A stretch of DNA of 64,000 bases from an uncultured Gemmatimonadales bacterium (GTDB taxonomy: Bacteria; Gemmatimonadota; Gemmatimonadetes; Longimicrobiales; Longimicrobiaceae). Made by a program: the position numbers and the translations under genes. How positions within the stretch are numbered: the stretch's first letter is position 1; each line of letters opens with the position of its first letter. Of the stretch, positions 50,409 through 59,971 are shown piece after piece. Location: assembly GCA_963716255.1 (NCBI GenBank), contig OY970303.1:4640001-4704000 (forward strand). Reading direction: 5' to 3'. The notes under the pieces are model-generated. The model saw only the letters and a list, made by a program, of their open reading frames with translations, made no database searches and had not been told where the DNA came from.

Positions 50409-52937
50409 ATGAACCCTCCCGTCACCGCACCCTCCGTCGTCGACCCGCGCGCCCGGGTCGGCCTGCCGCCCGCCGAGCTGTCGCAGAACGCGCGCACGGT
50501 GCTCAGCAAGCGGTACCTCAAGAAGGACGAGGCGGGGAAGCCGGTGGAGGATCCCGAGGAGATGTTCTGGCGCGTGGCGGGCACCATCGCCGCCGAGGAC
50601 GCCAAGTACGGCGCCACCGAGGAGGAGGTGGAGGCGCTGGGGCTGGAGTTCTACGCGCTGATGACCACGCGCCGCTTCGAGCCCAACTCGCCCACGCTGA
50701 TGAACGCCGGGCGCCCGCTGGGGCAGCTCTCCGCCTGCTTCGTGCTCCCGGTGGACGACGCCCTGAGCAACGGGCAGAGCGGCGTGTACGACACCCTGCG
50801 CAGCATGGCCGTGGTGCACCAGTCGGGCGGCGGGACGGGCTTCTCGTTCAGCCGCATCCGCCCGGAGGGCGACATCGTCCGCAGCACCACCGGGGTGGCG
50901 AGCGGCCCGGTGAGCTTCATGAAGCTGTACGACGCCTCCACCGAGGTGGTGAAGCAGGGCGGCACGCGCCGCGGCGCCAACATGGGCATCCTGCGCGTGG
51001 ACCACCCGGACATCGAGCACTTCATCGACTGCAAGCAGGACATCACCCAGATCACCAACTTCAACATCTCGGTGGCCGTCACCGACGCCTTCATGCAGGC
51101 GGTGGAGAAGGGCGAGGAGTACGAGCTGAAGAGCCCGCGCACCGGCGCCACGGCCGGCAAGCTGGACGCGCGCAAGGTGTGGGACAAGGTGGTGGAGAAC
51201 GCCTGGCGGACGGGCGAGCCGGGGGTGTTCTACATCGACCGGGCCAACTTCTACAACCCGGTGCCGCACCTGGGCGACTACGAGGCCACCAACCCGTGCG
51301 GGGAGCAGCCGCTGCTGCCGTACGACGTGTGCAACCTGGGCTCGGTGAACGTGGGCGCCTTCGTGCGGGACGACATCCCCGCGGACGCTCCCTGGTACGA
51401 GAAGATCGACTGGAAGGAGTACCGCCGGGTGGTGCGCCTGTCCACGCACTTCCTGGACAACGTGATCGACGCGAACCAGTACCCGCTGGAGGCGATCACG
51501 GAGCTGGCGCAGAACATCCGCCGCATCGGGCTGGGGGTGATGGGCTTCGCGGACCTGCTGGTGCGCCTGGGCGTCCCCTACAACTCCGAGGAGGGGGTGG
51601 AGATCGGCCGGCGCATCATGGAGTTCATGGACGAGGAGTCCAAGCGCGAGTCGGAGAACCTGGCGGAGAGCCGCGGCGTGTTCCCGCAGTGGGAGCGCTC
51701 CATCTGGGGCCCGGACGAGTCGTGCGCCCGCGCGCCCAACGGCGACCGCATCCGCCCGGAGCGCCGCCTGCGCAACTGCAACGTGACCACGGTGGCGCCC
51801 ACGGGCACCATCTCCATCATCGCGGGGTGCTCGTCGGGGATCGAGCCGCTGTTCGCGGTGGCGTTCATGCGCAACCAGGCCGGCGTGATGATGCCGGACG
51901 TGAACGAGGACTTCGTCGCCATCGCCCGCGCGGAGGGGTGGTACTCGGACGACCTGGTGAAGCGCATCGCGGAGCAGGGGCACATCCACTTCCCGGAGGT
52001 GCCGGAGCGGGTGCAGCGCGCCTTCGTGACGGCGCACGACATCACGCCGGAGTGGCACGTCCGCATGCAGGCTGGCTTCCAGGAGCACACGGACTCGGCG
52101 ATCTCCAAGACGACCAACTTCCCCCACGACGCCAGCGTGGAGGACGTGCGCAAGATCTACGAGCTGGCCTTCAAGCTGGGCTGCAAGGGCGTGACGGTGT
52201 ACCGCGACGGCTCGCGCGACGGCCAGGTGCTTTCCACCGGCGCCACCAGGTCGCCGGCGCAGCAGGCGGACGAATCGGCGAAGGTGGCGGAGGCGCAGGA
52301 GCGCGCGGCGAAGCTGGAGGCGGAGCTGCGCGCGACCCGCGAGGCGCTGGCCCGCGCGGAGGCGCAGGCGCAACGGGTGCACCGGCAGAAGCGCAAGCGC
52401 CCGGCGGTGCTCAACGGCACCACGCGCAAGATGTCCTCGCCGCTGGGCGACGTGTTCGTGACCATCAACGAGGACGAGGGGAAGACGCCCTTCGAGGTGT
52501 TCGCGACGCTGGGCAAGGCGGGGAGCATCGCCATGGCGGACGTGGAGGCCATCGGCCGGCTGATCTCGCTGGCGCTGCGCTTCGGGGTGCCGGTGGCGGA
52601 CGTGCACACGCAGCTGCGCGGCATCTCGTCGGACCGCGCGGTGGGCTTCGGCGCCAACAAGGTGCTCTCGGTGCCGGACGCGATCGCGCAGGCCATCGCG
52701 CTGCGGGAGCAGGAGAAGGCGGGGATCCAGGGGGAGCTGATCCCGGAGCTGGCGCCTCCCGCCGGTGACGCAGGCGCGGGGGTGGCTGCGGGGCCGGCGC
52801 CGTCGGCGCAGCTTCCGCTGGTGGGGTACGACGCGAGCGAGACGTTCATCGGCACGTGCCCGGACTGCTCCAGCCAGCTGGAGTTCGCGGAGGGGTGCCA
52901 GAAGTGCCACGTCTGCGGGTACAGCGAGTGCGGGTGA
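50409..52937 (+). CDS. nrdJ: Class II adenosylcobalamin-dependent ribonucleotide reductase with TSCPD and Zn-ribbon C-terminus
   Basis: PNSPTLMNAG, SACFV, NPCGEQPL, APTGTIS, KGVTVYRDGSR and CPDC..EGC.KC..CGYSECG. Confidence 0.95.
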   Translation: MNPPVTAPSVVDPRARVGLPPAELSQNARTVLSKRYLKKDEAGKPVEDPEEMFWRVAGTIAAEDAKYGATEEEVEALGLEFYALMTTRRFEPNSPTLMNAGRPLGQLSACFVLPVDDALSNGQSGVYDTLRSMAVVHQSGGGTGFSFSRIRPEGDIVRSTTGVASGPVSFMKLYDASTEVVKQGGTRRGANMGILRVDHPDIEHFIDCKQDITQITNFNISVAVTDAFMQAVEKGEEYELKSPRTGATAGKLDARKVWDKVVENAWRTGEPGVFYIDRANFYNPVPHLGDYEATNPCGEQPLLPYDVCNLGSVNVGAFVRDDIPADAPWYEKIDWKEYRRVVRLSTHFLDNVIDANQYPLEAITELAQNIRRIGLGVMGFADLLVRLGVPYNSEEGVEIGRRIMEFMDEESKRESENLAESRGVFPQWERSIWGPDESCARAPNGDRIRPERRLRNCNVTTVAPTGTISIIAGCSSGIEPLFAVAFMRNQAGVMMPDVNEDFVAIARAEGWYSDDLVKRIAEQGHIHFPEVPERVQRAFVTAHDITPEWHVRMQAGFQEHTDSAISKTTNFPHDASVEDVRKIYELAFKLGCKGVTVYRDGSRDGQVLSTGATRSPAQQADESAKVAEAQERAAKLEAELRATREALARAEAQAQRVHRQKRKRPAVLNGTTRKMSSPLGDVFVTINEDEGKTPFEVFATLGKAGSIAMADVEAIGRLISLALRFGVPVADVHTQLRGISSDRAVGFGANKVLSVPDAIAQAIALREQEKAGIQGELIPELAPPAGDAGAGVAAGPAPSAQLPLVGYDASETFIGTCPDCSSQLEFAEGCQKCHVCGYSECG

Positions 52938-53227
52938 TTTTTTGCTGACGGTGTGACCCGGGCCCCACTGCCGTGAGGCAGAGGGCGGGCGGGGTGGGGC
53001 GGGGTTGCAGTCGGGCGGTGAGGTCGGGAGGGGGGAGGGGGGGGCGGTATGGACTGGTGAGGTTTGGAAGGGGGTGAGGCGCCGCGAGGTGCCTCATCCC
53101 CCAACTCGGTAGTTCTCGGATCACGGATCAAGGTTTCGTTCCAATTCGAGTATCACCGCTTAAGTCTTCAAGGCGCCCATCGATCGATGGTGCATCTGCT
53201 CAGCTACTGTATCACTTAGGGATCAGA

Positions 53228-54574
53228 ATGACTTCCACTATTTATGATGCTCTCGATGAAGCACGGGAATTCAGAGAGCAACTTGCATCCGATCGCCGTC
53301 GCACAGCTTTTCTTTTTGGAGCTGGTACATCACAAGCGGTTGGACTTGATGGAATTGTCCAACTCACTGCGAAGATTCCTGAACTGCTGTCGGACGGTCT
53401 CCGGCCCAGCTATGAACGCGTGCTGAAAGATTTAGGTTCTGGGGGAACGGTTGAGGGTGTCCTTGACCGTGTGAGACTTTACCGCGAACTCCTCGGTGAT
53501 ACTGGTATTACTGACCGTGTCTCTGAAATTTCTGGTTCTGACGCGATGCGCCTCGACTGCGCTATCTGTAAGGCGATTTTTGAGCGCATCAACGTCGACC
53601 CCCCAAACGGGCTGACACCATACGTTAATTTTGGGGGATGGGTAGGTTCTATAGCACGTTCCTTCCCAGTGGAGATCTTTACGACGAATTACGATGTCCT
53701 CATCGAACGAGGACTTGAGCAGGTAGGCACTCCCCACTTCGACGGATTCGTGGGATCATACTCTCCGACATTTTCTCCAGCTAGTGTAGACGCTGAGCTG
53801 GGACGCGGGCACGATGCGATATATCCTCCTCCTTCATGGGTGCGGGTTTGGAAGCTACATGGCTCAATCGGATGGCGAACTGAAGTATCTGGGTCGAGGA
53901 CTCGAATCGTTCGTGTCCCTCACCGCAGTGTCAGTGACACTGATGACCTCATGATCTATCCATCTCGGCAGAAGTACGCAGATTCTAGGAAGCAGCCTTA
54001 CATCGCATATCATGATCGGCTTCGTCGACTGCTGTTGTCTGGCGAGGTACTCCTAATTACAGCAGGATACTCGTTTGGTGACCAGCATATTAACGAGATC
54101 ATCTTTGAGGCAATGCGGATGAATAATCGCCTTTCGGTGACAGCGTTGATGTATGGGGATCTTCAAGAAAGTTTGATGACAAATCTGCTAAAACCCACTC
54201 AAGGTTGCCGCAACCTGACGATGTACTGTGCGGATTACGCTAGTGTCAGTGGAACTCTTGGGAAAATTCACGCGCCCACAAAGCCACCAATTAGGCATCG
54301 AGAGTGGCCGTTCTGGAACTCATCAACTGGTCGATTCACGCTAGGGGACTTCGCATCGTTTTCGGACTATCTGCGCATCTTCCTTGGCGCGCGAGAGCAG
54401 GTAGGTCTTGCAGAAAGTCTGCCCGAGAATAGCGGAGGTCCCAACTGGAACGAACCCGGTGAACTGGATTCGGAACTGCTGGATCGGCGTGCTGACTCTG
54501 TTGTTGCCATTCCGCTCACCCCTAACGGTGACCAACGTAGCGATGGCCCTGTGACGTTGCAGGGCTCGGTATGA
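53228..54574 (+). CDS. SIR2-family (SIR2_2) NADase effector
   Basis: FLFGAGTS, TTNYD, KLHGS and GYSFGDQHIN. Confidence 0.9.
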   Translation: MTSTIYDALDEAREFREQLASDRRRTAFLFGAGTSQAVGLDGIVQLTAKIPELLSDGLRPSYERVLKDLGSGGTVEGVLDRVRLYRELLGDTGITDRVSEISGSDAMRLDCAICKAIFERINVDPPNGLTPYVNFGGWVGSIARSFPVEIFTTNYDVLIERGLEQVGTPHFDGFVGSYSPTFSPASVDAELGRGHDAIYPPPSWVRVWKLHGSIGWRTEVSGSRTRIVRVPHRSVSDTDDLMIYPSRQKYADSRKQPYIAYHDRLRRLLLSGEVLLITAGYSFGDQHINEIIFEAMRMNNRLSVTALMYGDLQESLMTNLLKPTQGCRNLTMYCADYASVSGTLGKIHAPTKPPIRHREWPFWNSSTGRFTLGDFASFSDYLRIFLGAREQVGLAESLPENSGGPNWNEPGELDSELLDRRADSVVAIPLTPNGDQRSDGPVTLQGSV

Positions 54575-56358
54575 GAACGGAAGCGACGTTCCTTGGAACT
54601 GTAGCCAGCGTAATCGGTGCAAAGGTGGTCGTTGAGGTGTCTGCAGACCTACCATCAACGAGCCCAATTGTGAATGGACGTATCTATCGATTGGGGCAAA
54701 TCGGATCGTTCGTTCGCATCCCGATGGGTTTTCTAAATGTCTACGGAATTGTCGCGATGGTTGGGGCTGTTGATTCAGGCGTTGTGTACTTGGGAGCACA
54801 AGCAACTCGGGCGCACAGAACACTGGAAATTCAGCTTGTCGGAGAAGCAGTCGGCGGTGGTACTTTTCATCGAGGTGTAAGTCAATATCCTACCCTTGAC
54901 GATGAAGTCCATGTCGTCACTGCGGAAGATCTCGCACGCATTTATGGATCAGTTGGCTTAGCAACACCTATCACGATCGGCAGTCACTCTGCCTCTGAAA
55001 ACCTGCCCGCGACTGTTGATTTGGATCGGCTTGTGTCACGGCATGCGGCTGTAGTAGGATCGACAGGCAGTGGCAAATCTAACTCTGTGGCAGCCCTACT
55101 CCAAGCACTCACCGCAGGATCGTTTCCTAGCGCGAATGTAGTGGTGATTGATCCCCATGGTGAGTATGGACGCGCATTTGAAGGGAAGAGCCGGGTGCTT
55201 CGCATCGGTGATCAGTCGCATCCCCTCTACCTTCCTTACTGGGCACTTTCATTTGATGAATTGGCTTGGTTCTTGGTCGATCGCCGATCCGCGACTGAGA
55301 CTCATCAAGATACACGTCTACGGGAGATGATTTACGAAACGCGCAAAGCCAATGTTGCTGGCCTTCAAAATTCGGATGGAGGAGTGCCCCTTTCCCCTGA
55401 CGAGATTACAGTTGACTCTCCTGTTCCGTTTGACCTAAAGCAACTCTGGTATGACTTGGATCGTCTAGAAAGGCTTACTTGGCGAGACCAACAGCGTACT
55501 ACCCCAGCATTGGAAATGGAAGGCAGCGCCGCGACCCTAACGCCAGCGAAGTTTGCCGCGCCGGGCGCTGGTAGCGCACCACCATTTAAGAACAACCCAG
55601 TGCCGCCGATGGCGCAGTATGCCAACAAAATCCTTACCCGCCTAAAGGATCGTCGATTCGCATTTATGTTATCGCCCGGTGACTATGATGGAGTGACTAA
55701 GGACTTGGGCGATCTCCTCAACGATTGGGTCGGACATGATAGTGGAATCACGGTACTTGATTTAGCGGGTGTTCCGTCGGAGATCACAGATCTGGTGGTG
55801 GGACTACTGACCCGTTTACTATTCGAAACGATGTTTTGGGGGCGAGACATTCCTGGAATTGGTCGCCAGCGACCGCTTTTTCTAGTTTTTGAGGAAGCAC
55901 ATGGCTATTTGCCTCGTGGAGAAGGTGGTCAGTACGTCCAAGGATATGCTCGGAAGGCCGTACAGCGGGTGTTGAGAGAAGGAAGGAAATATGGCGTAGG
56001 CGCGTTAGTCGTAAGCCAACGACCTTCAGAACTTGATGAGACTATTCTCTCCCAATGTGGTACATTCTTTGCCCTGCGACTCACTAACTCCCAGGATCAG
56101 TCACGAGTCGCATCTATGGTTCCGGACGAGATAACCGGTCTAACTAATTTGCTTCCAGCTTTGCGGACCGGAGAAGCGATCGTCTTAGGTGAGGCAATGC
56201 CGTTACCTAGCCGGGTACGGATTACGTTGGTCTCGCCTCGGCCCGATAGCCGTGATGCAGACGTAGCTGACCGATGGCAAGAGGGGCGACTCGCAACTAC
56301 TGACTTCGCTTCAGCTATCGCTAACTGGAGACGCCAGAGTAAGCCTGTGCAGACATAA
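54571..56358 (+). CDS. HerA/FtsK-family ATPase (DUF87) with HAS barrel
   Basis: GSTGSGKS, IDPHGEY, LVFEEAH, REGRKYG and SQRPSE; ATGA overlap with SIR2. Confidence 0.92.
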   Translation: MRTEATFLGTVASVIGAKVVVEVSADLPSTSPIVNGRIYRLGQIGSFVRIPMGFLNVYGIVAMVGAVDSGVVYLGAQATRAHRTLEIQLVGEAVGGGTFHRGVSQYPTLDDEVHVVTAEDLARIYGSVGLATPITIGSHSASENLPATVDLDRLVSRHAAVVGSTGSGKSNSVAALLQALTAGSFPSANVVVIDPHGEYGRAFEGKSRVLRIGDQSHPLYLPYWALSFDELAWFLVDRRSATETHQDTRLREMIYETRKANVAGLQNSDGGVPLSPDEITVDSPVPFDLKQLWYDLDRLERLTWRDQQRTTPALEMEGSAATLTPAKFAAPGAGSAPPFKNNPVPPMAQYANKILTRLKDRRFAFMLSPGDYDGVTKDLGDLLNDWVGHDSGITVLDLAGVPSEITDLVVGLLTRLLFETMFWGRDIPGIGRQRPLFLVFEEAHGYLPRGEGGQYVQGYARKAVQRVLREGRKYGVGALVVSQRPSELDETILSQCGTFFALRLTNSQDQSRVASMVPDEITGLTNLLPALRTGEAIVLGEAMPLPSRVRITLVSPRPDSRDADVADRWQEGRLATTDFASAIANWRRQSKPVQT

Positions 56359-56378
56359 CTATCAACTCCTTCAAGCAG

Positions 56379-56600
56379 ATGACAATGGATTACACTAGCG
56401 TTTCGTCGTCTAGCGTTGCTGCGGTTGGGTACGATGAGAGCCAGGCAACTCTTGGTGTTCGCTTCAACAATGGAAGTGAGTACCACTATTTTGGCGTTCC
56501 GAGCGAGGTCTATGACGGTCTGTTAAATGCTCCGTCTGTTGGGACCTATTTGAATCAATATGTCAAAAAAGGTGGGTATTCTTATAGTCGGGTTCAATAG
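56379..56600 (+). CDS. KTSC domain protein
   Basis: VSSSSVAAVGYD..LGVRF.NG..Y.Y.GVP..Y..LL.A.S.G.Y.N. Confidence 0.9.
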   Translation: MTMDYTSVSSSSVAAVGYDESQATLGVRFNNGSEYHYFGVPSEVYDGLLNAPSVGTYLNQYVKKGGYSYSRVQ

Positions 56601-56688
56601 CAAATTGTTGCAAACCCCAGATTGTCGATCAAAAGAAGTCCAGGTAGCCCCGGGTACAGTCAGAGCAGACCGGCGAAGAGAAGGACTA

Positions 56689-56955
56689 ATGGATTACAAG
56701 AGCTGGGATCTCGCGGACCTGCGCGCGATGTGGGAGCGTCGTCGCCGGATCGTGCGTGAGGCCAAACGGAACATCGACACGACGGGGATGACAAGGCCGC
56801 GGCGCGATCCGGACGAACGGGCGTTCCTCGAGGAGCGCGGGCTCCTGGGTCCGTTCATCGAGACTGACATCCCGCCCGCCTATCCGCGTCGGAGAAAGCC
56901 GGATCCGGCCCGGGGGTCAGACTCCGATGACACAGGGACAGGGCCAGCGGAATAG
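56689..56955 (+). CDS. Small hypothetical protein at the island edge
   Basis: AAGGA before the ATG (MDYKSWDL...). Confidence 0.4.
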   Translation: MDYKSWDLADLRAMWERRRRIVREAKRNIDTTGMTRPRRDPDERAFLEERGLLGPFIETDIPPAYPRRRKPDPARGSDSDDTGTGPAE

Positions 56956-57045
56956 ATGCAGTCGTGAGCAGCGGCGGCCCTCTTCATGGCGACCTACGGC
57001 TTCATCGCCGGGGTCGCCTTCTCATTGGTTCTCCTCGATACAAGC

Positions 57046-58629
57046 TCACTGCCGCGACGTGCCCGTGAGCGCCGCGAGCTGCGCGGCGTACGCCGCGGCA
57101 GCGGCCCCATCGCCGGCGGCGGTCGCGGCCCGCCTCGCGCCGTCCAGCGCCTGGAACCGGTTCGGCTCTCTCGCGAGCGTGGCGCGGTACTCGGCGAGGG
57201 CCGCGGACGGGCGCCCCAGATCCATGAGCATGTCGCCCAGGAGCTCGCGCGCCGGCGCGAGCGGGCCGGGCGTCACCGCGCTCTTCTCCGTCGCGTCCTC
57301 GCGCCGGGCGGCCTCCTGCATGAGCGCGACCGCCTCGCCGGAGCGCCCCTCGGCCAGCTCCAGCCACGCCTGCGCCCCCAGCCGCTGGATCGCCACCTGC
57401 TCCGCCCAGTACGCCTCCCCCCGCGCCAGCAGGCGCGCGTGGATGGCCGCCAGCGAATCGATCGCCACGCGCGCCGGCTCCGGCCGCCGGAGGTGCGCCG
57501 CGCCGAGCGCGCGCGCGAAGTATGTCATCGCGTCCGCGTACGGGAACGCGCTGGGGGCGGGGACCAGCGCCGCCGCCCCGGTCCACGCGCGGCGCTCCAG
57601 CGCATGGCGGGCCGGCATGGCCGCCAGCGCGAACACCCCGGCCGAGCCCGGGGCCGCCCCCGTCACGGCGCCCGGGTCGAACCGTGCAGCGAGCGCCGGG
57701 AGGCCGGCCAGCACCCGCTCGGCGTCCGCGTCGCGCCGCATCTGGAGGTAGGCGTAGACCATGTAGTCCGACGCGTGCAGCACCTCCGCGATCGAGGAGT
57801 CGCGCAGTGCCGCTTCGACGGACCGGCGGTTCGTGGCCACCGAGGCTTCCCACATCCCCAGCCGCGTGAAGGTGTGCGACGGCATGTGCAGCGCGTGGGC
57901 AGCCGCGGGCGCGATGCCGGCGTAGCTGCTCGCGGCGGCCGTGGCGAGCGGGGCGAGCGCGGGCACGTCGTACGCGTGGATGATGTAGTGCGCGAGGCCC
58001 GGGTGGTCGGGCTGGGCCGTCCGCAGCGACTCCAGGATCGCCCCCGCCCGCCGCTGCCCGGCGTACGTCTTGTCCGTGGGGGGCGCCGCGGCGACGAGGG
58101 AGATCGCGTGGAAGATCCTGGCCTCGCCGTCCTGGGGCTGGTTCGCGGCGAGGGCGGCCATGGCGCGCTCGTACGCCGCCACGCGGGTGGGCTGGTCGGC
58201 GTGCTCGTAATCGGCGTAGAGCCGGGCCACGGCGGCGATGTAGCCGCGCTCCCGTTCGGTGGCGCCCGTGGCGAGCCGCGCGGCCGCGTCCGCCTCCGAG
58301 CGCCCCGCCGCGAGCAGCGGCGGCGCACGGTTGGCGAGGCTCATGGGGTTGGTCCAGCGGGCGAGCGCGATCCCCCAGTACGCCATCGCACACGTGGAGT
58401 CCGCGGCCAGCACCCCCTGGAAGTCACGGATCGCCGCGCCGAACTCGAACGAGTGCAGCAGCGCCACCGCGCGGTCGAACCGGGACGCGACGGCGGGACT
58501 GCACGATGTCGCGAAGTGCACCGTCCCCAGGCCGCCGCCCGTGGGGTGGGGGTGGCCCTGCGCCGCGATCGAACCCGGAAGGAGCGCGGCGAGGAGCGCC
58601 GCGCGGGCGGACGCGCTGAGACGGGTCAT
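57046..58629 (-). CDS. Secreted TPR-repeat protein
   Basis: Signal peptide, LGTVHFATSC, HPGLAHYIIH and HALHMPSHTF. Confidence 0.8.
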   Translation of the reverse strand: MTRLSASARAALLAALLPGSIAAQGHPHPTGGGLGTVHFATSCSPAVASRFDRAVALLHSFEFGAAIRDFQGVLAADSTCAMAYWGIALARWTNPMSLANRAPPLLAAGRSEADAAARLATGATERERGYIAAVARLYADYEHADQPTRVAAYERAMAALAANQPQDGEARIFHAISLVAAAPPTDKTYAGQRRAGAILESLRTAQPDHPGLAHYIIHAYDVPALAPLATAAASSYAGIAPAAAHALHMPSHTFTRLGMWEASVATNRRSVEAALRDSSIAEVLHASDYMVYAYLQMRRDADAERVLAGLPALAARFDPGAVTGAAPGSAGVFALAAMPARHALERRAWTGAAALVPAPSAFPYADAMTYFARALGAAHLRRPEPARVAIDSLAAIHARLLARGEAYWAEQVAIQRLGAQAWLELAEGRSGEAVALMQEAARREDATEKSAVTPGPLAPARELLGDMLMDLGRPSAALAEYRATLAREPNRFQALDGARRAATAAGDGAAAAAYAAQLAALTGTSRQ

Positions 58630-58824
58630 GTGGGGCCTCCGTTGTCGGTTCCGGGACTACATAGCATCCGGAAGCGTCCTGCCACAAGGAGAAAGGCCGC
58701 CCGGAGCGGCCCGGGCCCGGCCGCGGCCATGCGATCCAAGGCTGGTGACAGCCACCCTTGCATCGTACACTGGTGCGGTGCGGGTTCGACTGCCGTTTTG
58801 GTGCGCTGCCAGCCAGGGGGAAGC

Positions 58825-59958
58825 ATGGACCGGAAGACGTGCAGGGATCCGCGCTGGCGCTGGCTGATCCTGATCCTGGCGGTGCTCGCCGCCCTGCTGG
58901 CCGCCGTGATCCTCGCCCTCCTGGGAAAGATCCTCGACGCTCCGCGCCTCTACCTGCTGGCGCTTCTCGTCCTGCTCGTCTTCGCGCTGGCCGGCGCCAT
59001 CGCCATCGCGCTCCTGGTCCACGTGCTGTTCCGCCGCTGGTGCGAGATGCGCGGGGCGCCGCCGAAGGGGCAGGGGACGCGCGAGCAGACCGGCCCCATC
59101 GCCGCGACGGTGCCGTCCACCATCTACAAGCGGCCCGATCCGCTGATCTACAGCCAGTATTTCCTGATGGCCCAGGGCCTCGCGGTGACCTGGGACAACC
59201 CCGACATCTGGCTCACCGAGCTGCCGGCGGGCGACGGGACCATGGCGCCGGTCGCCTCGCAGGACGTCCTGGCCGGCCACACCTACCGGGTCCACGCGCG
59301 GATCTACAACGGCTCGCTCGAAGCGCCGGCCGTGGGCATGCCGGTGGGGTTCGGCTACCTCAGCTTCGGGATCGGGGTCCAGGCGCACCTCATCGGCTTC
59401 GACGTGGTCAACCTGCCGGTGAAGGGCGCGGTGGGTCACCCGGTGGAGGCCTCGTGCGACTGGACCACCCCGGCGGCCGCGGGCCACTTCTGCCTGCAGG
59501 TGGGACTCTTCTGGCCGGACGATGCCCAGCCCGGCAACAACCTGGGCCAGGAGAACATCGACACGAAAAAGCTCACCTCGCCCGCGACGTTCCAGTTCCC
59601 GGTGCGCAACGACGCCCCGGTGCGGCGCGTCTTCCGGCTGGAGGCCGACGCCTACGCCCTGCCCACGCTCCCGGCCTGTCCGGAGCGTCCGGCGCCCGGG
59701 GAGGGCCACCGCGGGCGCGAGCCGCGGGCGCGAGCCGCCCGCCTGGCCGCGCACCGGAGGGAGGATCACCCGCTGCCGCCCGGCTGGACGGTGGAATTCA
59801 CGCCCGGCGCGGAGTTCGTGCTGGCGGCGGGCGAGCAGGTGGAGGTGACCGCCGTGGTCACCGCCCCCGGCCCCGTTCCGGTCCCGCAGCCGGTCAACGT
59901 GAACGCCTTCGCCGACGGCAAGCTCGCCGGCGGCGTCACCCTGTACGTGCACAGCTGA
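58825..59958 (+). CDS. Hypothetical protein with two N-terminal transmembrane helices and Ig-like domains
   Basis: Two hydrophobic stretches, WDNPDIW, GHFCLQV and NNLGQEN. Confidence 0.72.
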   Translation: MDRKTCRDPRWRWLILILAVLAALLAAVILALLGKILDAPRLYLLALLVLLVFALAGAIAIALLVHVLFRRWCEMRGAPPKGQGTREQTGPIAATVPSTIYKRPDPLIYSQYFLMAQGLAVTWDNPDIWLTELPAGDGTMAPVASQDVLAGHTYRVHARIYNGSLEAPAVGMPVGFGYLSFGIGVQAHLIGFDVVNLPVKGAVGHPVEASCDWTTPAAAGHFCLQVGLFWPDDAQPGNNLGQENIDTKKLTSPATFQFPVRNDAPVRRVFRLEADAYALPTLPACPERPAPGEGHRGREPRARAARLAAHRREDHPLPPGWTVEFTPGAEFVLAAGEQVEVTAVVTAPGPVPVPQPVNVNAFADGKLAGGVTLYVHS

Positions 59959-59971
59959 GGGGGGAAAGGCG

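Larger units (their letters stand above)
53100..56690. mobile_element. Low-GC horizontally acquired defence island (edges approximate)
   Basis: Abrupt drop in GC and loss of GC3 bias; no integrase or clear att sites seen. Confidence 0.75.

Noticed and set aside
56965..57045. Gene remnant (AALFMATYGFIAGVAFSLVLL) at the island's right edge
   Set aside because: Too short to support; no matching half or att repeat found at the left edge.
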